Part shown: piece by piece, positions 28,001-40,000 of the stretch | Layout: each line of letters begins with the position of its first letter | Position numbering within the stretch: position 1 is the first letter of the stretch | Assembly: GCA_002633005.1 (NCBI GenBank) | Contig: NMRA01000706.1 | Location: forward strand, 28,197 to 92,196 | DNA: 64,000 nt | Reading direction: 5' to 3' | From: Phoronis australis | Taxonomy: Eukaryota; Animalia; Phoronida | Notes under the pieces: model-generated | The model's input: only the letters and a program-made list of their open reading frames with translations | Told to the model about the DNA's origin: nothing | Database searches by the model: none | Position numbers and translations under genes: made by a program

Positions 28001-31000
28001 TTGTTTGATGTCTGACGTCACCCTGTGCTTAGTTCGCATTTCTTCACCTACATTTTTTTGTTTGTGGAAAGCGGCACCCCTGAGTTCACTGTCCGTGTTA
28101 ATGAAATACTGCATGGGTTGATGTTTCCGAATTTCATTTTCTAGCCATACCACCTTCTTTGCAACTCTTTTAGAAATTTTCCGATTTCTGCTCTTCTGTC
28201 GCCCCTTCAACACTTCGTCCCAGCGCCAAGGTCTCACGAACCATTTATCTGTTTTTTTGCTTTGGTCAGTTCTTATGCTAGCGCCATGTCCTCTTTCTCC
28301 CGTTTGCTTGTCATTGGTATTGAGACCTTTTTTCGTCGTCGATGTTAACTTTCCTTTGCGTTTTACTTGGAAATTCCCCTGTTTAATAGAAGCACCTTTT
28401 CTGTATTGCATTGTTTCCCTGCCATCCCGATGTCCTTCTTTCAGTCTCGTTCCTTCTCGACTGGTTTTAATCACCTTACAGTCATCGATATCCCCTTGAC
28501 GGTGTTGTTTCTTTATTCCGCATTTCTCTCTTACATGTTTTTGTCTCCCATTAACAATATACTCTTTGCTTGCTGCCTCTCCTCTGTTAGTCACTTCTGT
28601 ACGCTCTTTTTCAGTCGGGTTATGATTGCTGTGGGAATTGTTGCCGGACATAGTTAGCACTGCTCCTTTTACTGCAAAAAGTATTTGGACAGTTTTTTGT
28701 GTAACTGGTGATGCCTCAACGCTATTTTTAAAGTAGTATTCACTCTAATACAGCTCTGTGAACGCACAATAACAAGACTATGAACAACAAAATGACAATT
28801 AGAACAACAACGTAAACAACAACAGCCACGATTCGTAGTGTATTTAATGAAAGCATTTTTCGTTTTATTGGAAGCGCTGAAAAGACTTGTAATTTACGTA
28901 CATATTTTATTCACTCCAATTTGCCACAAACTTGGTTTTGGTTTTTCCTTATTGGATATCGTCTTCAAAGTGTCATCGTGGCGAACCTGTCTGGCCGAGT
29001 TGTTGGTTGAAACTTTCCGCGCTACTGAAAAATTGTGTCCACAACCCGGGGGCGTGTTTGAATGGAAAAAGTTGTGTAATCGTGCCAAGAGTCTTGTAGT
29101 TTTTTTACGATAGTGGGTTCCGATTGCCTCTAGAGGAATGGCTGATATTTTCGCATCGACCTTCTTCTTTTTCAAGGCTCTGTTTGACTCATCCATGTAC
29201 TTAAACGTCCTCAGTAAATTGCGTGCCGTCAATGGAACAAATGCAGCTTCGCTGATACCGCTGATTTGGCAGGCATCTCCAGCACTAAAATTCATTTCGT
29301 ATGGGAACCAAACATTGTCCTTGTTTTCTATTACGGTAATGGGCTGTCCGGTGGTTTGTGACGCCGTTTTCAAATGACAGGTCGAAATGGCGTCTCCGCT
29401 ACAACTCAAGCTCATTTCAGTTGTTCTATTTAACATGTTTTTCAGATGAATACTTTTACTGCATCCCAAAAGGGAATGCATAAATGACTTTGGATTCTTT
29501 ATGAATCTAGTCATATCAGCAAACTTGTCTGAAAACACTGGTTTGGCATCTAAAATAAATGGACAAACAATAGCGTCAGGTACACGTTTTCTTCCTTTAT
29601 TCGACTCTGATTTTGGTTCATATGTGTCCATAAACGGGTCTCCGAAGTTGTCGAATCCGACAGATATAGTCCTCAACACTTTCGTTCCTTTCTTCTTCCC
29701 ACCCTGATCTCTACTGCTTCTTATACTGTTGTTTTGACGTGGTTGTGAAAAATGCGACCATCCTTTGGAATTGTGTCGAGTTCCTGGAAAGTCGATTGTT
29801 TGTATGATTTCTTTGGATGGTTTCACGCGCCCTTCATTGACGAATGATTCAAGTTTTCTCCAAGCCTGTGTCTTTGCTTTTTGAGGATGCGGGTTAATCA
29901 CAAGCTTTTTCGGACTTCTTGAAATCACTGCCGCTTTGACATCATCGTTCATTTTGTCCGATTTCTCTGAATTTATTGGACTTTGATCTGACGTGCCATG
30001 CTCATCAGCACTTAATTCATCATCAGATTCTCCTTCTTGGTCATCGGTGTTGTCATTTCTATCGTAATAGTCACTCTCAACTTCATGAACGTCATCGTCA
30101 TCTTCATACACACTATCGCTTCCATCGCAGTCGTACTGGTTTGTGCTCGAAACACTGTTGTTGGAATCTGATGCAGTATCTCCAACCACTTGCCCTGCCT
30201 CCTCACTCTCGAATCTCTCTTCGTCGTCACTGAACTCGTCTTCTTCGCCACTTTCAAAGTAGGACAGTGAATCTGTGTTGTCAGTAGTGGTCGTTGTGAT
30301 GCTGCAGGAGCAATCAGAAACGCTGTTTGTTTCCAGAGTGTTGGATACAGAAGTGCACCGTCTCGCTCTATGTTTACTTGCGGCAGGTCGTTTGTACATA
30401 GACACTTCGCCGTCATTGGAGCAGAAGTAGCTATCCGTGGTCAAGCAGCTGGAGGATCTCTGGCAATTGTTAACATTGTCGTCTTTCTCTTTGCACGTTC
30501 GACATGCCCACTTTTGACCTAAACGAAACAGTTACGTGGTCACCATACTGAATGGTAACGCTCGGTTGATCGGTACCAAAGTAAGTTGAGTTAACCAACG
30601 TAAAATTATTTTGAATGTGAATATATTCCACAGCAGAGGCAAGTTCTAGATGAACGGGCATAACAAGCAGAAAACACGCAAATCGCTTATCAACATGCGC
30701 CCACATTGGTGCATCGCAAACGCCATACATACACGGAGGTATTAGGGCCCTACATTTCTATCGGAAACACACGCATCAAGTGATTGCGCTAATTTATTTT
30801 GAAAAGGATTTTTTCGTGCTTTATCAAAAGTTTTTTCCTTACACCAGGTTCGTTTTCTTGTCATTTTTTCTGTCCTGAAGGATATCTGACTGGTCGGCAT
30901 TTTACTTTGGGATTTTTCTGTCAGCACAATTCATGTGAAAATCAGTTTTAATCAAATGAAGGTTGTGTTAGCACTCCGCAGGTAATTGCTTTAATCGGCA

Positions 31001-34000
31001 TTTTAAATACTTTGCACTCCGTGAAGCGTTTTCAAAATGTCATGGTTGTCATTTTCGGTTGATACCTGTGAATGTGTCGCATTTTGATTAGATATCGTAA
31101 TGGTGTGACCTGGCCCCGAAATTATCGTTAGAAACAGGACAGTGCGACATCTCTGGATTCGCAGAAAAGAGCAATAAATTCTGCAATAAGTCACATTTGT
31201 TTCATTACATGTGGCGGAACATACAGTGTAGGTCCTTTCTTATAAACACTGTTCACTGTCCTATTATCTCAGCTGAGTGACACGCAAGCTTTTTCTCGGA
31301 CCCACAAACATTGACCACTAACTGCCGCACACCCCGTTTACAGGTGGTATGTGAGTCATGTTTGCAAGTTGGGAGCAGTGTTCTGAGGGTGCAAAAGTCA
31401 TGATGTGTGAGGCCGCGTACCACGTTTGCCGGTTGGTGATCTGTGCCTTTGAGTTGGCAATCTTAGCTGAAACGTGCTTTTAAGGGATTAAATATTTCAG
31501 GAATGCGAAAGCCGCACACTAAACGAGGAATTGGAGTGTCTTCTTCCTACTTGATTGGATATTGTTCCTTCTAAATGCATTTGGGAATATTAAAGCGAAT
31601 TTAGTGTTCCACCTGCTAGAGCTACGAAAGTCCAATTTGATATAAGGGTGGCAAAAGTCTTTGAGAGGCAGTTGAATTTACTTTACCTTTTCAATTTAGA
31701 GATAATCTGTGAAGGGATGGTATGTTGCTTAAAGGCGAAGGCAACCTTTTTCCATGTCATTTTGAGCGAAAATAAGGTTGGTTGGTTATCCTAGACATAT
31801 TTTTCACTTAATTACAGCTTTTNNNNNNNNNNNNNNNNNNNNNNNNNNNNNNNNNNNNNNNNNNNNNNNNNNNNNNNNNNNNNNNNNNNNNNNNNNNNNN
31901 NNNNNNNNNNNNNNNNNNNNNNNNNNNNNNNNNNNNNNNNNNNNNNNNNNNNNNNNNNNNNNNNNNNNNNNNNNNNNNNNNNNNNNNNNNNNNNNNNNNN
32001 NNNNNNNNNNNNNNNNNNNNNNNNNNNNNNNNNNNNNNNNNNNNNNNNNNNNNNNNNNNNNNNNNNNNNNNNNNNNNNNNNNNNNNNNNNNNNNNNNNNN
32101 NNNNNNNNNNNNNNNNNNNNNNNNNNNNNNNNNNNNNNNNNNNNNNNNNNNNNNNNNNNNNNNNNNNNNNNNNNNNNNNNNNNNNNNNNNNNNNNNNNNN
32201 NNNNNNNNNNNNNNNNNNNNNNNNNNNNNNNNNNNNNNNNNNNNNNNNNNNNNNNNNNNNNNNNNNNNNNNNNNNNNNNNNNNNNNNNNNNNNNNNNNNN
32301 NNNNNNNNNNNNNNNNNNNNNNNNNNNNNNNNNNNNNNNNNNNNNNNNNNNNNNNNNNNNNNNNNNNNNNNNNNNNNNNNNNNNNNNNNNNNNNNNNNNN
32401 NNNNNNNNNNNNNNNNNNNNNNNNNNNNNNNNNNNNNNNNNNNNNNNNNNNNNNNNNNNNNNNNNNNNNNNNNNNNNNNNNNNNNNNNNNNNNNNNNNNN
32501 NNNNNNNNNNNNNNNNNNNNNNNNNNNNNNNNNNNNNNNNNNNNNNNNNNNNNNNNNNNNNNNNNNNNNNNNNNNNNNNNNNNNNNNNNNNNNNNNNNNN
32601 NNNNNNNNNNNNNNNNNNNNNNNNNNNNNNNNNNNNNNNNNNNNNNNNNNNNNNNNNNNNNNNNNNNNNNNNNNNNNNNNNNNNNNNNNNNNNNNNNNNN
32701 NNCCGGTACGCAGCAACAGTGTGGCATGTTGACTGACTAGTAAATGAAAGCGAACGACGACGGAACTTAACACAACCGAGGTAGAACAATGACTGACTCG
32801 GCAGCTCTCACAGTCAGACTATGTGAAAAGAAATTGGCGGGAAGCGCTTGCCTCCTAAATCGTCATTTCCAGAAAAGCGGACGAATAATTAATAAAATTA
32901 CGAAAAGCTGTAATTAAGTGCAAAATATGTCTAGGATAACCAACCAACCTTATTTTAGCTCAAAATGACATGGAAAAAGGTTGCCTTCGCCTTTAATTTT
33001 AGTGTGTTGTAACAGAAACATATAAAAGTACTGATCCTTAGACATTTTTTTCAACCGTGACTTTACTTAAAAAGGCACTTAACCCGCTCTCTCTCTCCTC
33101 TGTCTCTCTCCCTCTCTCCCTCCCTGCCTGTGTAAGCGAATTCGAATGGTGGTTTCAGGGATAAAAACGACAGATTTTGTGTATTTCTGATCGTTGATTG
33201 AAGTCGGTAGACGTTTATAACAAACCTGACCCTCTGCACAAAGACTTTTAAACTCTCTTTATTTCCGTGAATCTAAATAAAACAATCATTCTAGACTTAC
33301 ATGTATATTTCCATTGATGGTCATCAGCTTTGTTACACCAACATCGTTAATGAGGCTGGGGTAATTTTTAATGTTTTTAAATGCTGCACCTTAAAATCGA
33401 CGAAATCACATGGCGGTCAACGACAAACTACCAATTCCGTAAACTAAAACAGTGAAGTGACTGCTACCATGATTTTTCTCAAACCAGTAAACACAGTAAG
33501 CATCTTCTAATACATGTAGCATTAAGCTAGGTGCGTAGCTTTAGCCGGTTGTGTCGCCCTATACCATAGAGACCTGTATAGAAACCTATTGTGTCATATT
33601 TAACGAAACATCCTCCAACTTCGGTGATCGTGGGAACTGTAGAAAACCTACGGTTAGACAGACGGACGGACCAGGGTCCTCGATCCCTCAAAATTGGGAC
33701 CGAACATCGGTCCCATTCCTTTCTCAAAAATATTTAAAAATTCAGGCAAAAGTATCCAGTCTGAACGATCAAAAATCCCTCTCGTGGTTTCAAACTGAAG
33801 CAATCTTAAAAATAACGTCTTCAATTCCTCTGATTTTGATCACGAAGCAGCTACACGGGAAAAGTCACAAACTGGTTTCTTTATGAAGCAAGTGTCACAA
33901 ACAGTGCTACTACAACCAGTAGACGAACGGACAGACGGTACATTGTACATGTAACTCACTATGATCTCACATGTCTGAATGTGGGCACATACATGTGACA

Positions 34001-37000
34001 GGTTATTTCGGTAAAGCATTAAACACGGCGACAAACTTTGAATTATCCTGTAGGGTTTTAATTTGCATGTAAATGTGCAAGGCAGTTCTACATGTCGTCA
34101 ACTTACCGTTGTTGCACGGGCTTGGATTGCAAAAAGGAACTGGTGGACAGCTGGGGAACGGAGGGCATGGCATTGGTGGTGGCGGCGGAAGTATTGGCGG
34201 CGGAGGAGGCGGCATCTGAAATACACTTGGTGGTTGCTGGTTGAACGTCTGTACGATGGTTGGCGGCGGGGGCGGCTTTTTCTGTTTGTATCGACGAGGC
34301 GGTCGTAATGGCCGCGTAGTTTCCTTTTCAACAACAATTCGTTTTTCTAAACCCTCAGCACCCGTCGTATCAAAGCCCATGTATCCCCAGTTAGACCTTC
34401 CTCTGTCGCCCGTGCTCGATCTAAATTTTGAGACTTGCCTGTTCTTCGTTCTACTTCTTTCTGACACGCGATCAAACTTCCGAACAGCATTTCGAATTCC
34501 ACCGCGACAAAGGTCTTTGAGCTCTCCGATCACTGTGCCTCTGTCCATGTCGTCGACAATACAGTTGTCAGGTGCACAGTGATTTTTCCGGACAAAACAT
34601 GTTCGCCGGGCCGTGGGAACTCGTCGGATAACCAAACTTTTTCTCCCAGGTAGTTGCGGCGTGCCATCCTTTTTACTGGCGGCACGCTTGTTTTTAACTG
34701 AAGATTTGTTTTTCGACTTTGACTTTTGTTTGCGTTTGGAGGATTTTGCGTTTGCCGACACGTTTGGTCTAAAAAAATCCATTACGGATCTTTTCTTAGA
34801 GGTGTCTGGTCCGCTTGACCTTAGCGCTTCTGACTGCCTTGAGGATTTTGTGCTGTTGGACCTGTTGATCCAAGCCTCTGGTACTTGACCAGTTTTTCTC
34901 AAGTATCGCTTACTCGGCGGTCTGTTCGTTAATGAACCAGATACACTCCACGAGAACCAAGGAATGCTTTTACCACGCCTCTTCCCTTCTCGTGTGTTTG
35001 CAACGCTAGCACTGCGTATACTTTTCATACTCGTGTCATTGTGTTTTGGTCCCAAATTACCATCTACCGTTTTACTTATCTGCTTATTGCCGGCCTCGCT
35101 TGGATTTCCATTATCTACTTGACGTGAAGATTGAGACATTCTGGGATGTTTTGACTTCGAGAAAAGCCAGTTAGGTAAGGTTTTTGTCACGTTAGAAAAG
35201 ATATTTGGTTTTTTGTCTGACCTAGGGTTCCCTTTTTCACTTCTTTCCCCGTCTCTAGTCTTGCAAGTGCCTTCAAGTGATGTCATCTTTTCCGTCTCCG
35301 TCGTCGTAGATTTCATGTCGTTAGTGTGTGCCTCGGAAGAATTTTCGTCCACGATGTGGCGCCTTAGTGAATTGTCTGGGATTGACGTAGACTTGCTTTG
35401 CTGTGCCGTTTCCACCTTTACGTCCTCAGTTGTCGCCCTGCCCTTGTGTCGGTGGAGTTCAGAAGTTTCGTTTCCTTTCGAATTTCTCTTCCGTTCTGCC
35501 CTCGCTTTTGCTTCTTCTCGTTTTAATTTCGCCCTAGTAAGTCGTGACAACTTTTTGTTCACCGGCTTTCGATCTCTTGAAGCACCTAAATTATTGTAAA
35601 TAACGGAGGTACGTGGAATTAAATTATGGAAACCAGGTTTTTTTAAAATCGTCATAAAATTTCAGTCGCAATATCGCCACATAGAGATCGTTTGGTTAGC
35701 GTTACCATTGTCCACTTTCTGTTGCTTTGTTACATGTGTATAACAGAGATAATGGTGAGCATTTATCGGTAACCGGCTGATGTGCGCCCAAGATACGATA
35801 TCCATGTGACTTGCATTGTTTTATCCAACAAAGACCCAACGAAGTCCCATAGGTGATAACCATGCTACACGCTTAGTCTCGTCTCATGGATGTCGCAAAT
35901 TAATCAATACCTTGCGAGCTACATACGACGTGACTTGGCATGGGAGCTGCTGAGTGCTTGTAGTGACAATTTTTTATTTTGTTACACCGGCAGAATTTCA
36001 GTTACTGTGGGTGATTGATGGCCAACAATCACTTCACAGTAAATCACTCAGAAACTCATAATTCTCTCTTTGTCAACCCTTAACTGAAAGGAGCATGCGA
36101 CCGAAAAAAACACCTAATCTGTATCAATTTAGATCGAGTAGCTGTACTGCTTAATGTCACGTACGGTTGCGTTACCCGACACCTGACGGCAGACGGAGGT
36201 GTTGAAATTACCCATTGACGTAATTGGTTTCGTACGCAGTCTGTTCAGCAGTTCACAACACATGTAACTGGTGTCAGCTTATCGCTTGAATTCATCGTTT
36301 AGCACCGATAAATCATCAAACTTCGATGTAAAACCCTTAAAAATGCACCGAGTTCTTATAAAAACGTGTGGTTTTATTTCCCTGTTACGGATTTATTGGT
36401 ATTTGGACACACCGTAAATGTAGCTTCCAAAGTTCGGCAGGTCAATAAGGTTCGTAGCAGGAGTCTGTTTGGAGACAAATTCGAATTATTTTCCGTGAGG
36501 TACAGACAGGAGAACCCAGATCTGTGTAGTTTAGACTTGTGATTCTTTGAGTTCTAAACACACAAAACGCTTGTTATCCTGGCTAGTAGCTCGGAGCCCG
36601 ATCAGACCCGTCGCGGCCGGCCGGATCAGTTGACTCGTTTTCCCGGCCAGTGGCTCGGAAACTGATCAGACATCACGAACATAAACCAGCCAAAGTTGGA
36701 AACTAAACTCCCAGTCAAGAAAATACTATACTAGTGAGCCAAAGTAACTCGCACGTGATTATGTTGGTGAATTACCCACGAAACTACAAATCTACTTACT
36801 CGTCGGGAGCCGCGAATTTAGGTTCTGCTTTGGTCACAGCACCGTCAGGGCGGAAGTTGTACATTCACAATCATTATTTTAATAATGTAAATGTAAATAA
36901 AGACTCCCCTAACACCAGCTGGCCGTGGGGTGGAAATCGCCTGAGTTGTTTCTCAACAGTTTCTGCCAGCAAACCCTAAATTAGTATGAGCTCAAACGGC

Positions 37001-40000
37001 GTTTGTGTCCCGTCAATTAATTATTGCACCTAAAGCCATGACGTACAGTAGTGATTTATTCATTGCTGGCTTCTCAAATCATTTGCACTCACGAACACTC
37101 CAAAGGTATTACAAATTGCATCTAATGAGCCAGACTTTGTTTCAGTTTTATATAAGTATTGGTTAGGGCGAGAATAATTCATTTTGAAACACAACGCTCA
37201 GTAATAAACATCAACATGGCAACTGAGTTGCAATCCCGACTTAGACGAGAGCTCATCACTCGATCCCTACGAAGACTTCACAGGTGGATCGTTAAGTTTC
37301 ACAGACTATCAATCCGAACAGGAATACAGTGATGAAGAAATACTAGAGAGGCGCCGTGAACAAGCTCAGACAACGGAACGTATGGATTGGATAGTTATTT
37401 GATAAGCCGGCATTCGTCAGGCACTGTCGACGACTGCAGACAACAGACACGGCCTCATACGTGCTATTTACAGCTTACTTTTCATGCTTTACTACCACGA
37501 GCCATATCCTAAGCATTTCGGTCTCTCGAGGAAGTCTAAAAAACAATATACCCGTTTTCCTCGCTGCTGCACAATTCGGACAAGCGGGAACGATGCACCG
37601 CAACATAGCGGCATTCACTCTGCAGATGAACCACTGACGTCGCTTGCGTCGTTGCTCACCTTCCTCAAAGTTAACGCGACACCTCTTGGAAAAGTAAGGT
37701 CGACCGTATGCGAGGCAATGTGGATATAGACCGATTAAGACGGCAAAAAGACGAGTGGCATTCTCCTTTAAGACGACTTCCAAAGCAATCGCGTCATTAT
37801 TGCCAACACAAAAAACGGATTTGGTCTGTTGGGCAATTAAAGACTATTTTAAATACAACAAATTTGTTACGAACTGATTGCACAAAATATAAAGCATGTA
37901 ATAAGCATTACAAAAAGAAGGTTTCGCGCGCAAACGCTTTGGACCATAAACAAAAAGGTCTCTTAGTATCGAATTAGGAGTTAAATCGTCGCGGTGCAGT
38001 GGTAAAGCACGCGCGTTCTGTCCGCCAAGACGTGAGTTCGAGTTTGTTTGCCTTTTTTCTTGGATAATATTTCGGGAATCATGGAAAATGCTTGATTTTT
38101 AGATGAAAAAACACCAAAATTTCCTGGCAAAACCCCCCTCCCGAACTCCCCCCATTCGGTGCTATGCGCATCTACAATCGTGCTTTGAGCAAATGCTTAT
38201 AGACAAAATGTTGCACCCCCTTGTGATATCCTAGATCTGCCACTGGTGTTGTTTGCTTTTTCTCTAAAGTACAAACTTTTACGCCGCTTTTGCAAGCTAA
38301 TTGCACGTTCCAAGAGGACCCCTATTGGTGGTTGAGGCAACTGAGAACAGGCAAATAGGACGAAGTGCAGTTCGTGAGCAAAAACTACCGACGGGGGAAT
38401 GACTAAACAAATTATTATAAGATCAGTTTTTGAAAAGGTGTAATGTGGCTGCTACAGAGTGCCAAATTTGGTCGAAAATGGTTTGAGTGATGCCTGCTAT
38501 GCGTCTCGACAAATATTGTTTTTTCGGGCGAATAAAGAGGCGCGACACTTCATGCAGTTTTGGTGATGTAACATTCGAGGTGGCAAGCGGGAGCAAACAT
38601 GTCAGATTTAAAATAAAAACGCACCACCCCAAGAAGAAATGCGTCACTAGCTTCAAGCTTCTGTTTTCAAAGTTCCAAAAATGCATCGGTTATAATACAT
38701 GAATCCATCTTTGTGGCTGTATTCCACCCTTTGATGGGCCATATACTATAAATTCGTTTTAATTTCCATTTAACCCAGCACTGTTCACCGAATTGTTTAG
38801 CAGCGACATTTGACGAAAGGCCAATTGACTGAGTCCCCGATTGCTTAGAGTTTATTTGATTCATCATTGCCTTTTGCATATGGGTAGCATATGACTGTAT
38901 CATTGGCATAGATGAACGTTCTAGAACTAATGACTGCAATAATTGAAGTAGAAGGTAGAAACAGCGGATGTCCCGCGATGGTATTTTCTGGTGCCCCTGC
39001 GTTGAAGTACTGAATGCTATATTTGTGTTGACAATACGCCGTCTTCTCCGGCTTTACATACTAAGTTTTACAGACGGGAATAAGTATGCGAGGTTCCATA
39101 AACGAAAAATTGCCAACTTATAGCTACATGTATGAGGTGATTAGAGGGATTTTAATAACACTGTTTAAAGCTGTATTTGCATGCTAATGTATAGCAGTAA
39201 CTAAACGACAATGGTAATTGAACAACATCTACATGTACGATAAACAAGGTGTAGTTGTACTCACTGACAACTTGTAAATGTAAAAACAGTTCTAAAAATA
39301 GGAAAATCTACCACTAACGACGTGCCTTGGGGGATCACATAGCCAGCATTATACAGTGTTATCCAACACCAAGTCACGATACTTACTGGACATGGTTCAG
39401 GGATTTACGGTGGATCATTTTCGACAAAAAATCGTTCTTAAAACATTTGGCAATTTTCAAGGTACTTCACATTCATATTGTCGCTGTGTTGTGTTTGTAA
39501 CGAGTTTGACCATGCAGTCACAGATACATGTATAAGGAATTTGCGTGCAAGGTCAGCTTTTACATGTAGGTCTAGATTTTACTTACCTTGGCTGTGCTCT
39601 TGAGCCGAATTGTTTATTGATGCGTGTCTAGCAATGATGTGATTAACACCTTTCTTACATCTGTGTGATGATTCGCCACATCCAAAGCTCTGCATAGCTC
39701 TAACCAGGTTCGTGAAACTCCTAACTGGATGACCGCGCTTCTGTCTTTTTGATCTCAAATTACAGCACGATTTGCTTCTGACTTGTTCTTGTTGCCTTGT
39801 GCATCCTGCTCTTTTAGGAAGAAAACGCCTCAACACTGCAGCGCCACGAAGTTTATGTTTTTTAATATCTAAAAAATAACTATGCTGCTCATCACTGTTT
39901 GTCAGAGTTTCTTGTGACATTATTGCTTCACGTTTTGCCTTCTTTGCTATATCTCCTGACAGTACGTGACATGGTTTAACTTTCATCGCGCTGTAGCCAA

